Source: Rickettsiales bacterium
GTDB taxonomy: Bacteria > Pseudomonadota > Alphaproteobacteria > Rs-D84
Reading direction: 5' to 3'
Assembly: GCA_031254335.1 (NCBI GenBank)
Contig: JAIRUP010000014.1
Span: forward strand, 3,043 to 67,042
DNA length: 64,000 nucleotides
The notes beneath the pieces are model-generated. The model saw only the letters and a program-made list of their open reading frames with translations. It ran no database searches and was not told the DNA's origin. Numbering within the stretch: the first letter of the stretch is position 1; each line of letters starts with the position of its first letter. A program made the translations under genes and the position numbers. Shown here piece by piece: positions 9,901 through 17,836 of the stretch.

Positions 9901-9951
9901 AAGAACGAACATCAAAGTTGTGACGGGCCTGTCTACGAAGAATTTAATCAT
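6910..9951 (-). CDS. RND multidrug efflux permease (AcrB/HAE1 family)
   Basis: It is 1013 aa with 12 TM segments and two large periplasmic loops, characteristic of RND pumps. The last codons (KTRLR, stop) fall inside a family-D repeat. Confidence 0.85.
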   Translation of the reverse strand: MIKFFVDRPVTTLMFVLFWVILGAWSLPKMNVERAPAMDFPMVSATLIYPGANPLEVEEQVLKPIENAIAEVSQIKRLSSQAFESGGFVMVEFTMESDINHKLLEVKDKVEAIVSSLPAELKKPRIEKLNVMTESVVDMVIFDSGQGGDEFLKKAFTYSEEVLANKLTSIAGVASAKVAGGRERAIRIDLNPVLMMSRGIGISDITGALSQSNLNFPGGRIEYGAGSMSVRFVGEFATVQDIANLSITTSEGGRFRLKDVASVSDSSRKQESGARMDGTDMVMISIVKASDGNAVKISKAVNKNIKKYTDALRAELGESARLKIVSDSAVAITNETNSTVNGILLGMILTIAVLLAFTRNWRTTIIACAVIPASLVAGFFFMNASGFTINSFTMLAMATALGSLIFNAIIIIESALMLMGEGTPPAEAAVRGTGRVAAAVLAGAGTNMAVFTPLAMMDGIAGMFMSQFGMTVVYLTLLSIMFSFSLTPMMISLLLRVKKEKKKKDPTEKEAEGLFKKIFEFQFRRPMATIGAAFGILILSMGLLPFVGNEFKPETDVSEITVIAAAPRGATYAKSLEIAEEIESKLSQFPEVISTATQIGQRGVENITVVATLKPLGQRSISDKLLAQRIVPKMAGIVDADIQVKAGKIQGFAADITINIYGDNDEIREGYAARAIHALNNIPEIQSARLSATNPGYEFRFIPNEKTMSFYGINNVQAASVLRAALYGNDTYKFRDSGEEVPIIVSVADEFVNPDMFENITVKTVKGLVPLSELGEIKRAPASPNIYRRDKSRVSEIQVIIGKSTMGPVQNKITAELDRFDFSPGYGFYYAGMSEIQAETTGEMAGAFLLAVILTYMLLAAIMNSMLHPFTIATGILTSFSGVFIMMFLSGASLNIAAMLSIIMLVGLAVNNNIIVLEPAVAEIRKGGDMKKVLWKIYNERSRMIIMTSVAVMAGMVPQLWSAEGMKSSMGAVIVGGMLAALVFAFVLTPALFVAMEKLRSKAFDFLSKTRLR

Positions 9952-10523
9952 TTTACTTTGACTCCGTCCATAAGGTTCGCGGTGGATGATGTTATAAGTT
10001 GCTCTCCGTCGGAAATTCCGCCGGCTACAAGAACGCGCTCGGCGTCGGTCGCGGCGACTCTGATTTTGCGGCGGACGGCGTTGCCGTTCGAGTTAATCCA
10101 AACGAAGTTGTCGTTGACGGCGGAACGGGGGATGAAAATCCCGCGCGATGGTTCCTCGGCCGAATGCTCGCCGCTGAGTTTGCCGGACACGCGAACCTCG
10201 TAAAGGCCTGTGTCGAAGTCCAGGTTGCCGGATATGAAGGTTATCTTTTCGTCCGAAACGGCCATGCCTTTTTTAAGGCGCAGCTTGATTTCCAAAGGAA
10301 CGAAGGCTCGGCCCGATTTTAGCGACAGCGGGAATTTAAGGGCGTCGGATTCTCTTTTGATTTCCATGGTTTCTACGGGAATCCCGTCTTGAACATGGAT
10401 GCGGACTATGTTGCTCACCTCCCTGTCGCCCTCTTTGACAAGCGCGGATATGCGGTATATTACAAGCGCGGCGACAAGCGCGGCGCAAAGGATGACAAGG
10501 TTTCGTTTAAGCAGTTTTTTCAT
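9948..10523 (-). CDS. Short periplasmic adaptor (membrane fusion protein) of the RND pump, lacking the alpha-helical hairpin
   Basis: It has an N-terminal TM anchor and beta-rich MFP-like domains but is only 191 aa. It overlaps both the OMF gene and the RND gene by 4 nt. Confidence 0.55.
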   Translation of the reverse strand: MKKLLKRNLVILCAALVAALVIYRISALVKEGDREVSNIVRIHVQDGIPVETMEIKRESDALKFPLSLKSGRAFVPLEIKLRLKKGMAVSDEKITFISGNLDFDTGLYEVRVSGKLSGEHSAEEPSRGIFIPRSAVNDNFVWINSNGNAVRRKIRVAATDAERVLVAGGISDGEQLITSSTANLMDGVKVK

Positions 10524-11860
10524 CGGTTTTCACCCGTAAGTTTTTTGATGGTCTCATATGCGATTGCGATTTGCATGCGCGTGTTCAGAAGCGCGATTTC
10601 AAGCTGAACCAGGGACGACTCGACATCCGAAAGCTCTACCGCGCTGGTCTGCCCGGCGGCGAATCGGTCGGCGGACATCTTATAGGTCCTTCGGGCCAGG
10701 TCAAGCGCGCGCTCCTGCGTCTTGGCGTTTTCGATAAGGTAGTTGTGCTTGTTGGTCGCCTCGATTAAATCGTTGCGGCGCATCTTCTTGGACTTGTCAA
10801 GGTCCTGCATGGCGCGGTCGGCCTCGCGCGCGTCCTGGGTCGCCTGATACCGCGCAAGCCCGCCGTCGAGAATCGGAAGGCTGATTGCAAGGCCGACGCT
10901 GGCGTTCTTGCTGTTCTGCCCGTTCCAAACATCGGCCGCCTCGTGCATCATGACATAGTTGTAGGATGCGGTCGCGGCAAGGGTCGGCATCCATCCGGCG
11001 TATTTTGATTTCATGGACGCGCGCGAGGCGTTGTAGGATTCCTGATATATATCCCATTCCGGATGGGCGTATATTTCGGAATCCGCGGCCTTCGGGAATT
11101 TGGATGGAATCTCGTCGACCAAAACGACGACCGCGTCGTCGTCGATGTCGGCCATGATTTTCAGCATGCGCATGGCGGAATCCGCGTTGAATTTCGCGTC
11201 GGCCAGTTGCGCTTCCTTTACGACCACATCGGTGGAGATTTTAAGAAGGTTGGCCTTGTTGGCGCGGCCCGCGCCCATGGTCAGCGCGCGTTGGTTCTTC
11301 TTGGCGTTGAGAAGGGATTGTCCGACGATTTCCTGAATATGCGCGGCCATCTTCGCGCCGTAATAAATCTGAACGGCCGCGACGCGCATCTCGCGGCGTG
11401 CAAGCTCGGCCGAGGACTCGGCGATTTTGATTGCCGAGCGCGCGGCATCAAGCCCGTATCCGATTCGGCCGAAAGTGTAAATCGGCTGGGTCAGGTCAAG
11501 TCCGACCATGCCGATATTGTCGGGCACGCGGAACCCTCCGGCGGTGGGGATGAATCCGATTTGGCTTCCGATTGAATTCAGGACCGGCATATCTGGGAAT
11601 TCGATGTATCTGGGTTTTCCCGGCTCGTCCACATTGATGTTGTTCATGTATGTCCCGGACGCGGAAAGTTTGGGGAAGCGGTTCGCGCGCGCGGCGTTGA
11701 AAACGGCTTCGGACTTTCTGATGTTAAGGTCGGCCTTTTTGACATCATGGCTGGCGTCCATGATTTTCTGAACGGCGGATTCAAGGCCAAGTTTCACGGT
11801 CGCCGCGCCCGCATTGAATGATATAAGGATTGCGATAAGAATCAGGGATGTTTTTTTCAT
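10520..11860 (-). CDS. TolC-like outer-membrane efflux protein (OMF family)
   Basis: There is a signal peptide, and at 446 aa with a repeated helical/beta architecture it is typical of OEP/TolC proteins. Confidence 0.75.
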   Translation of the reverse strand: MKKTSLILIAILISFNAGAATVKLGLESAVQKIMDASHDVKKADLNIRKSEAVFNAARANRFPKLSASGTYMNNINVDEPGKPRYIEFPDMPVLNSIGSQIGFIPTAGGFRVPDNIGMVGLDLTQPIYTFGRIGYGLDAARSAIKIAESSAELARREMRVAAVQIYYGAKMAAHIQEIVGQSLLNAKKNQRALTMGAGRANKANLLKISTDVVVKEAQLADAKFNADSAMRMLKIMADIDDDAVVVLVDEIPSKFPKAADSEIYAHPEWDIYQESYNASRASMKSKYAGWMPTLAATASYNYVMMHEAADVWNGQNSKNASVGLAISLPILDGGLARYQATQDAREADRAMQDLDKSKKMRRNDLIEATNKHNYLIENAKTQERALDLARRTYKMSADRFAAGQTSAVELSDVESSLVQLEIALLNTRMQIAIAYETIKKLTGENR

Positions 11861-12291
11861 TTCATTTTTTCCAGCATTTCATTGACGGTCGTAAGGGCGG
11901 CGGCGAACCGCGCCTCGTCGCGCGCGGAAAGGTTTTTAGAAAGGTCGTTTATGCGTTCCAAGAACTTGTCTATGGCGTCGACTGCGGCCTTGTTTCCCGC
12001 GGCGGTCAGGGAATACCAGACATTCCGATGGTCGTCCATGCTGGTTTCGCGCGCGACCAGGCCCTGCTCTTCAAGGCGACGAACGGTCGTGCTGATGTTC
12101 GCGGCGGACATATACGACGCGCTGGACATTTCTTTAAGGGTCGTCCTCCCTTTCAGTTTAAGCCCGATTACGACCTCCAAGAACTGCTTGGACTTTTGCG
12201 CCATCGGCACATCTTTCGCGGCGACGCTCGCAAGGTGGCGAAGCGCGTTCACATTCTCCAAAAGCAGATAAGAGTGTTTCTTGTATGCCAT
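11857..12291 (-). CDS. MarR-family transcriptional regulator
   Basis: It is 144 aa with a winged-helix MarR pattern. It is the first gene of the efflux operon, and an AT-rich divergent promoter region follows at 12292-12410. Confidence 0.75.
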   Translation of the reverse strand: MAYKKHSYLLLENVNALRHLASVAAKDVPMAQKSKQFLEVVIGLKLKGRTTLKEMSSASYMSAANISTTVRRLEEQGLVARETSMDDHRNVWYSLTAAGNKAAVDAIDKFLERINDLSKNLSARDEARFAAALTTVNEMLEKMK

Positions 12292-12410
12292 TAAAAACCA
12301 CCATTTATTTTTAATTTAGAATATTTATATAATAAAAACATTCCTAAGTCAAGCATAAATTCCTAAGCCGCTTGCAGATTACGACTTCTTGGCGTATAGT
12401 CAATGGAAAT

Positions 12411-13550
12411 ATGATAAAAGTTCCGCCGCACCATTTGTATATCCATGTCCCGTTCTGCGAAAGGAAATGCCCCTATTGCGCGTTCCATTCAAGCGCGGAA
12501 AAACCGGATTGGGACAAATACGCGGCGGATATAATCGCGGCGATAAGCGAAAGCCCGGGCTGCGAAGTCCCGACGATATTCTTCGGCGGCGGCACGCCAA
12601 GCCTTATGCCGGCGGCGACGCTTGAAAAAATCCTGAACGCCGCGCATAAGCATTTCACAGTTTCGCCCGACGCCGAAATCACAATCGAAATGAATCCCGG
12701 AACCCTTGAATTCCCCTCCCGGGAGGGGGTGGCCGACTTGTCCGCCGAAGCCCAAAGGGCGAAGGGGGAAGGCCGGGGTGGGAACCAACTATCCGATTAC
12801 AAATCTCTCGGCATAACGCGAATCTCGGTCGGCGCGCAAAGTTTTAATGACGGCGAATTGCGTTTCCTCGGGCGCATACACGACGCGAAGCAGGCGCGCG
12901 AAACCATAACGGCGGCGCAGAACGCGGGCTTCGAAACATCGGCGGACTTTATATACGCCCTGCCCGGCCAAACCGTGGCGGATGTCGAGAAATTATGCCG
13001 TGAAATAAAATCCATGGGCCTGACCCACGCCTCGCTCTACGAACTCACCCTCGAACCTGGTAATAAACTCCCCCCTTGCGGGGGAGTCGGCGACGAAGTC
13101 GCCGGTGGGGGGTCGAAAACGGAGATGTGGCTTTCCATCGGACATATCCTTAACCGCTATGAAGTGTCCAACTACGCCCAGCCCGGCCATGAATGCAAAC
13201 ATAATTCGGGAATCTGGGCGGGAGAGCCTTATATAGGCCTGGGCCCGTCCGCCGCCGGCCGCATATTCGACGGGACTAACTGGTATGAACAATATACTCC
13301 TCCGTCATCACTTCTTCCTTCTTCCTTCGTCCTTCTTCCTTCCCATGACCGCGCGGTTGAAAAAGTGATAACGGGCCTTCGCACCAAGCGCGGCGTCCGC
13401 CTTTCGCCGGATGTCCTGGAAATATTAAACTCCCCGCTTGCGGGAAAGTCGAAAAAGCGCGAGCTTTTTCGGTGGGGGGTCGATTCGCTTGCCCTTTCCG
13501 ACTCCGGCCTTTTAATACTGGACTCCCTGCTGCCGGACATGATAAAATAA
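12411..13550 (+). CDS. hemW: Radical-SAM heme chaperone HemW (HemN-like), carrying four in-frame repeat insertions
   Basis: The CxxxCxxC motif reads HLYIHVPFCERKCPYCAF. The start is set at MIKVPP (12411); the ORF track places it at 12372. Insertions lie at 12708-12787 (family C), 13059-13118 (A), 13299-13345 (TTCTTCC tail) and 13421-13483 (A). Each is a multiple of 3 nt and stop-free. Confidence 0.8.
   Translation: MIKVPPHHLYIHVPFCERKCPYCAFHSSAEKPDWDKYAADIIAAISESPGCEVPTIFFGGGTPSLMPAATLEKILNAAHKHFTVSPDAEITIEMNPGTLEFPSREGVADLSAEAQRAKGEGRGGNQLSDYKSLGITRISVGAQSFNDGELRFLGRIHDAKQARETITAAQNAGFETSADFIYALPGQTVADVEKLCREIKSMGLTHASLYELTLEPGNKLPPCGGVGDEVAGGGSKTEMWLSIGHILNRYEVSNYAQPGHECKHNSGIWAGEPYIGLGPSAAGRIFDGTNWYEQYTPPSSLLPSSFVLLPSHDRAVEKVITGLRTKRGVRLSPDVLEILNSPLAGKSKKRELFRWGVDSLALSDSGLLILDSLLPDMIK
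12708..12787 (+). repeat. Family-C element in-frame in hemW (PSREGVADLSAEAQRAKGEGRGGNQ)
   Basis: It matches the 6296-6372 copy. Confidence 0.8.
13059..13118 (+). repeat. Family-A element in-frame in hemW
   Basis: CTCCCCCCTTGCGGGGGAGTCGGCGACGAAGTCGCCGGTGGGGGGTCG. Confidence 0.8.
13299..13345 (+). repeat. TTCTTCC-type tail repeat in-frame in hemW (PSSLLPSSFVLLPS)
   Basis: The same TTCTTCCTTCTTCC motif appears at 4930, 6178, 18140 and 21500. Confidence 0.7.
13421..13483 (+). repeat. Family-A element in-frame in hemW
   Basis: CTCCCCGCTTGCGGGAAAGTCG..GGTGGGGGGTCG. Confidence 0.8.
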
Positions 13551-13554
13551 AGCC

Positions 13555-14079
13555 ATGCGTAACATTGAAAAAATTCTTGAACATAACGGGAAATTCGTCG
13601 CGGAAAAGCAGTATGAAAAATTCGCCTCGACGAAATATCCGGCTCAAAAGCTGGCGATTTTAACCTGCATGGACGCGCGGCTGACGGAACTTTTGCCCGC
13701 CGCGCTGGGCTTGAAAAACGGCGACGCGAAAATCATAAAGACGGCCGGGGCGATAATATCGCACCCTTACGGCAGCGTCATGCGCAGCCTGATTGTCGCG
13801 GTCTTCGCGCTCGGCGTGGAAGAGGTTTTGGTGGTGGGCCACCACGACTGCGGAATGCAGAATTTCGACGCGGAGAAATATATGCCGAAGCGGGCCTTGA
13901 ACGAAGCGCGGGAATCCGGCGTGGATGTGGACAAGTGGCTGCAAGGATTCGCCAGCGCGGAAGAATCCGTCCGCCGGTCGGTCGATATGATAAGGAACCA
14001 TCCGTTCATGCCTGGCGACATATCGGTGCGCGGCTTTGTGATGGACCCGACGACCGGCAAGCTCGACCCCGTCGCATAA
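13555..14079 (+). CDS. can: Beta-class carbonic anhydrase
   Basis: Zinc-ligand motifs read CMDARL and HHDCG. Confidence 0.8.
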   Translation: MRNIEKILEHNGKFVAEKQYEKFASTKYPAQKLAILTCMDARLTELLPAALGLKNGDAKIIKTAGAIISHPYGSVMRSLIVAVFALGVEEVLVVGHHDCGMQNFDAEKYMPKRALNEARESGVDVDKWLQGFASAEESVRRSVDMIRNHPFMPGDISVRGFVMDPTTGKLDPVA

Positions 14080-14151
14080 TTTTGTCCTATTTAATATCTA
14101 GAATAAACGCTTTCTCGTTGCAGCATTCTACCGCCATCGCGGCTTTTCTAA

Positions 14152-15099
14152 TCATTTCGTTTTTCCCAATATGTCGAACAGCAAAGCCATCCTGATGTAA
14201 AGTCCGTTTTCGACTTGGTTGAAGAAAACGGCCCGCGGGTCGCCGTCGACGCAGGTTGCGATTTCCTCGTTTCTCGGCAGCGGGTGCATGAGTATGGTGT
14301 CTTTCGAGAATTCGTTCAAGGTGTTTTTGTTTATGGTGAGCATAGAGCGGGAAATATCGTCGCCGTTAAGCCTTTCCTTTTGTATGCGGGAATGGTAAAT
14401 CAAATCGACATCGCGCGGAAGGGTGTCAAGCGAGTAATGCTGGACATATTTCGCGCCGTTGCTTTTGATATACTTTTGGTATTCCGGTTCAAGTGCCAGC
14501 TCTTTCGACGACACGCCGTGAATCTCCTTGTTCCCAAGGCTTACCAGCATTTTAATCAGCGAATGGTTGGTCCGCCCGTATTTAAGGTCGCCAAGGAAGG
14601 CGGGCTTCAAATCTTCAATCCGCCCCTTGTTTTTGTAGATTGTGTAAAGGTCGAGAAGCCCCTGGGTGGGATGTTCGGATTTTCCGCTTCCGGCGTTGAT
14701 GACGGGAACGCTGGACACTTTGGCCGCGCGGACGGCGGAATCGTCGGCCGGATGGCGCATGATGATTCCATCGGAAAGGCATGAAAGGGTCCGGACGGTG
14801 TCTTCGATGGTCTCGCCCTTTTTCCCGGAAGAGTTTTCGTTTGCGTTTTCTGTTTCAAGCGTCCGGCCCCCAAGGCGTTGAATCGCGGAAACGAAGGAAA
14901 GGCGGGTCCGCGTGCTTGGCTCGAAGAAGATTGCGGCGATATATTGTCCGTCCAAAGTGCTTCTGTATAGTTTGGGACTGCTCCTCATATGGTCCGCCAG
15001 GGAGAAAAGTTTGAAAAGATAAGTCTTGTTGAACTGGTCTGCCTTGATTATGTGTTTTATCTTCTTGCTCATTTTGCTGCTCCTTTTTTTCTCTGTCAT
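14152..15099 (-). CDS. pyrB: Aspartate carbamoyltransferase catalytic subunit
   Basis: The STRTR, HPTQ and HPLP motifs are present; HPLP points to ATCase rather than OTCase. The start may be the internal MSKKIK. Confidence 0.75.
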   Translation of the reverse strand: MTEKKRSSKMSKKIKHIIKADQFNKTYLFKLFSLADHMRSSPKLYRSTLDGQYIAAIFFEPSTRTRLSFVSAIQRLGGRTLETENANENSSGKKGETIEDTVRTLSCLSDGIIMRHPADDSAVRAAKVSSVPVINAGSGKSEHPTQGLLDLYTIYKNKGRIEDLKPAFLGDLKYGRTNHSLIKMLVSLGNKEIHGVSSKELALEPEYQKYIKSNGAKYVQHYSLDTLPRDVDLIYHSRIQKERLNGDDISRSMLTINKNTLNEFSKDTILMHPLPRNEEIATCVDGDPRAVFFNQVENGLYIRMALLFDILGKTK

Positions 15100-15160
15100 C
15101 CCCGGGCTTGACCCGGGGTCTCGGCAACATAAAAAAACTCCCCTGCCGGGGAGTTTTTAG
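15097..15160 (+). repeat. Family-B variant hairpin (CCCCGGGCTTGACCCGGGG) plus a second hairpin CTCCCCTGCCGGGGAG flanked by A-run and T-run
   Basis: The inverted repeats were read directly. The second hairpin is terminator-like in both orientations. Confidence 0.5.
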
Positions 15161-15185
15161 ATGATTCCGATGTTGCGAACGAATT

Positions 15186-15213
15186 TTGACATATTTTTCC
15201 TTGTCTATATAAG
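15186..15213 (+). promoter_or_regulatory. Candidate sigma70 promoter (TTGACA-N16-TATAAG) upstream of the tRNA pair
   Basis: -35 at 15186-15191 and -10 at 15208-15213. Confidence 0.35.
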
Positions 15214-15327
15214 GGCTACGATACAAATATTCCCATTCCTTGTCAAGCCCCTTGTGTTGACCGGGGAATCCCGGCATATAAAATGACTTGCAATTTCGCA
15301 GTCCCGCCATTAACATTGGACAGTTTT

Positions 15328-15412
15328 GCGGATATGGCGAAATTGGTAGACGCGCAGCACTAAGGATGCTGTGGGGCAACCCTTGGGAGTTCGAGTCTCC
15401 CTATCCGCACCA
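15328..15412 (+). tRNA. tRNA-Leu (class II, long variable arm); the anticodon reads AAG
   Basis: Acceptor stem GCGGATA/TATCCGC with ACCA. Anticodon stem CAGCA/TGCTG with loop CTAAGGA. T-arm GGGAGTTCGAGTCTCCC. It aligns with E. coli tRNA-Leu. Confidence 0.75.
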
Positions 15413-15494
15413 CTGATTTTGCCCAAGCTGCGCTTGGTCGCAAAATCAAGTGTCCGCCGTAGCCTTGGCGAAGGTGGACGGGAAAAACAGTTAA

Positions 15495-15568
15495 GGCCCG
15501 GTGGCAGAGTGGTTATGCAGAGGACTGCAAATCCTTGTATGCCGGTTCGATTCCGACCCGGGCCTCCA
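15495..15568 (+). tRNA. tRNA-Cys (GCA)
   Basis: Acceptor stem GGCCCGG/CCGGGCC with TCCA. Anticodon loop CTGCAAA. T-arm GCCGGTTCGATTCCGGC. Confidence 0.85.
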
Positions 15569-15571
15569 AAT

Positions 15572-15606
15572 TAAAAAAGACCCTTTCGGGTCTGTTTTTA
15601 TTTGGA
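15572..15606 (+). terminator. Rho-independent terminator after tRNA-Cys
   Basis: Hairpin AGACCC-TTTC-GGGTCT followed by a T-run. Confidence 0.7.
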
Positions 15607-15678
15607 AGTCTTGGCAAGGAATCGTGCCGAACGGAATTTTACATTTGACAAACTACTATATCTTGTCATAATCGGCCT

Positions 15679-16359
15679 ATGAATAAAATACAATCCGCAC
15701 CCAAAATAATAGAGCTCTGCCCGAATATAAAGCATATACTCGGCGTCGGCGACTGGAACCAGTATTTCCAGAAATGGCTGAACGGCGGCTTCTCGGAAGG
15801 CGGGCGCGGCTGGTGCAGGGACAATTATTTCAGCATAGACCTTGCGCCGTTCAATCCGTTGCGCTGGGAAAACTATCTTCCGCGGTTCTTCACCGGGGAG
15901 GAATTGAGCTTCATGGGCAAATTCACGATGACCGCCGACGCCTGGCATGAAGACCTTGTCGGTTCCGGCTGGCTGCATTTCGGCGTCAACGAGGCCGGGG
16001 ATTTATGCATCAGAATTTCCGGGCCAAGAAAGGAATTGGGCGACGATGATTATCCCGCCACGGACTGGCTGGCGACATATTGCGATTTGAACGGACAGGT
16101 CAAGCAGGACGCCCGCCGCGCCTTTTGGGAAAAATTCGTCCGCCCGGTCTGGGAAAACAAAGGGCGTCCTAATCTGTTCGCCCGGCGCGTCGCGGAAATG
16201 CTTGCGGCCGAGCGCGCCGCGGAAATGAAAACATGGCCGACGCCGGCCGAAAGGCTGGACGCGCTGATTGCCGAGCGCGAACGGCTGTATCGCCCGCTTA
16301 AAATTCCATCCCGCCGGGACGCCGTCGCGCGCGCAATGGCGGAAAGAACAAAAAAATAA
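15679..16359 (+). CDS. Hypothetical protein of 226 aa (orphan) immediately downstream of the tRNA pair
   Basis: Clean ORF with no recognisable motif. Confidence 0.45.
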   Translation: MNKIQSAPKIIELCPNIKHILGVGDWNQYFQKWLNGGFSEGGRGWCRDNYFSIDLAPFNPLRWENYLPRFFTGEELSFMGKFTMTADAWHEDLVGSGWLHFGVNEAGDLCIRISGPRKELGDDDYPATDWLATYCDLNGQVKQDARRAFWEKFVRPVWENKGRPNLFARRVAEMLAAERAAEMKTWPTPAERLDALIAERERLYRPLKIPSRRDAVARAMAERTKK

Positions 16360-16360
16360 A

Positions 16361-16432
16361 ATCCCTAATTTGTCATCCCTGCCCCAAGTTCCCCTCCTGC
16401 GGAAGCCTGACTGTCGCGCTTTCTGCGCAGGC
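16361..16432 (+). repeat. Degenerate B/C-type element (TGTCATCCC..CCAAGTTCCCCTCCTGCGGAAG..TGTCGCGCTTTCTGCGCAGGCAT)
   Basis: It shares the C 5' segment and a hairpin-2-like module. Confidence 0.5.
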
Positions 16433-16462
16433 ATAAAAAATCTCCCCGGTTTTACCCGGGGA
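16433..16462 (-). terminator. Rho-independent terminator (minus strand), downstream of the 16691-17836 gene
   Basis: A-run, then hairpin TCCCCGG-TTTTA-CCGGGGA on the plus strand, which gives hairpin plus T-run on the minus strand. Confidence 0.5.
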
Positions 16463-16690
16463 TACAAAGTGTTCATAGAAGGAGGAAGGAAAGGAGAAAC
16501 GAACACTTTAAGCTGTTTGCCTTTTGCGGCTTAAAGGTCCCTGGGGCCTAGAGGAGAGAGAATGTAGGAGGGAGTCTAGTTCCCCAGGGATAAAGACGAG
16601 GGGACTCTTTTTTATTCCCTCGACAATGCAAATATAAACCATATTTTGCATTTGTCAAGTATTAAATAAAAAATATTTTTGTCGATATAT

Positions 16691-17836
16691 TTACTGACAT
16701 TCCCCGGCAATCGAACCGCTTGCGAAAGCCCAATGCAAATTGAATCCGCCTAAATCTCCTGTTATGTCCAAAACCTCGCCCGCGAAATACAAGCCCGGAC
16801 ACAGTTTGGATTCGAATGTCTTGGATGAAATTTCGTCGGTGGAAACGCCGCCAAGCATAACTTCCGCGCTGTCGAACCCGCGGACCTTGACATTGGGGAT
16901 GACGAAATCGTTTATTTTTTTCGCCAACGCCTCCAACTGTATGTCTTTATAGTCCGCAAGGTTTTTATCATAATCTTCCGAAATCCATTTGGCGAATCGC
17001 ACGGGCAAATACGCGCCCAAAACGGTGGACGGCGATTTCGCGCCATCCGTGTTTTTCGCGCCAATCAACAAATCCTTCGCCGGAATCCCGGGCATAAAAT
17101 TTATGCGGACGCCCTTGGACAAGTCGAGAAGCGACGCGCGGTAGGCGGCCGGGCCCCCGATTCCGAAATGCGTGAACAGCAGCGAATCGTTTATCCCGTT
17201 TATCCGAACCGTCAACGCCATGCCCGCGAACTCCGCCGGGAACGCGCCGGTTTTTAACCCGGCCAAGCCCGGACGGACGGGTTCGATTTTATGCCCGAAT
17301 TTCCTGGCGATTTTCATTCCGGAATCGGACGCGCCCAGCGAAGGGAACGAAACCCCGCCAGTCGCGACAACAACTGTCGTGCCGGCATAGGCGGGAATCC
17401 CGGATTGTAAAAAAATCAAAAATTCATTGTCCTTTTTCTCCACATCCCTAACCTCCGCCCCAAGCGCAATATCCGCTCCGCGCGCGTCGGCAAGCATGGC
17501 CTTGACCAAAACTTCCGCGCCGTCTTTGCAGAAAAATTGCCCGGGATTTTTTTCGATGTATTTTATTCCATGCCGCTTGGCCCAGTCCAAAATGTCGGCG
17601 GGGCGAACGCGCGCCAGGGCGGATTTTGCGAAGTCGGGATTCTTTCCGAAATAGCGGGACGAGTCGGCCGCCGAATTTGTGAAGTTGCAGCGGCCTCCGC
17701 CGGAAACGGAAACCTTTCGCAAGGGCGCGCCGCCGTCCAAAACGAGAACGCTTTTGCCGCGGGCAAGCGCGGCGCGCGCGGCGGCCAGCCCTGCCGCCCC
17801 CGCCCCGATAATTATGACATCATATTTTTTGGTCAT
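16691..17836 (-). CDS. NAD(FAD)-utilising dehydrogenase of the HI0933 / BaiN family (flavoprotein)
   Basis: The N-terminal FAD-binding motif reads MTKKYDVIIIGAGAAGLAAA. Its start overlaps the cysS end by 17 nt. Confidence 0.75.
   Translation of the reverse strand: MTKKYDVIIIGAGAAGLAAARAALARGKSVLVLDGGAPLRKVSVSGGGRCNFTNSAADSSRYFGKNPDFAKSALARVRPADILDWAKRHGIKYIEKNPGQFFCKDGAEVLVKAMLADARGADIALGAEVRDVEKKDNEFLIFLQSGIPAYAGTTVVVATGGVSFPSLGASDSGMKIARKFGHKIEPVRPGLAGLKTGAFPAEFAGMALTVRINGINDSLLFTHFGIGGPAAYRASLLDLSKGVRINFMPGIPAKDLLIGAKNTDGAKSPSTVLGAYLPVRFAKWISEDYDKNLADYKDIQLEALAKKINDFVIPNVKVRGFDSAEVMLGGVSTDEISSKTFESKLCPGLYFAGEVLDITGDLGGFNLHWAFASGSIAGECQ

Noticed and set aside
14215-14784. ORF 14215..14784+ opposite pyrB, and 14855..15379- upstream of pyrB
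   Set aside because: The first is antisense to pyrB, which has the STRTR, HPTQ and HPLP motifs. The second runs through the repeat, terminator and promoter region and has no ribosome-binding site.
16500-16690. Inverted repeat GTCCCTGGGG..CCCCAGGGA and AT-rich tract downstream of the flavoprotein gene, as a possible sRNA
   Set aside because: The stem is there, but I could not identify a convincing promoter or a clean terminator, so there is not enough evidence to call a feature.
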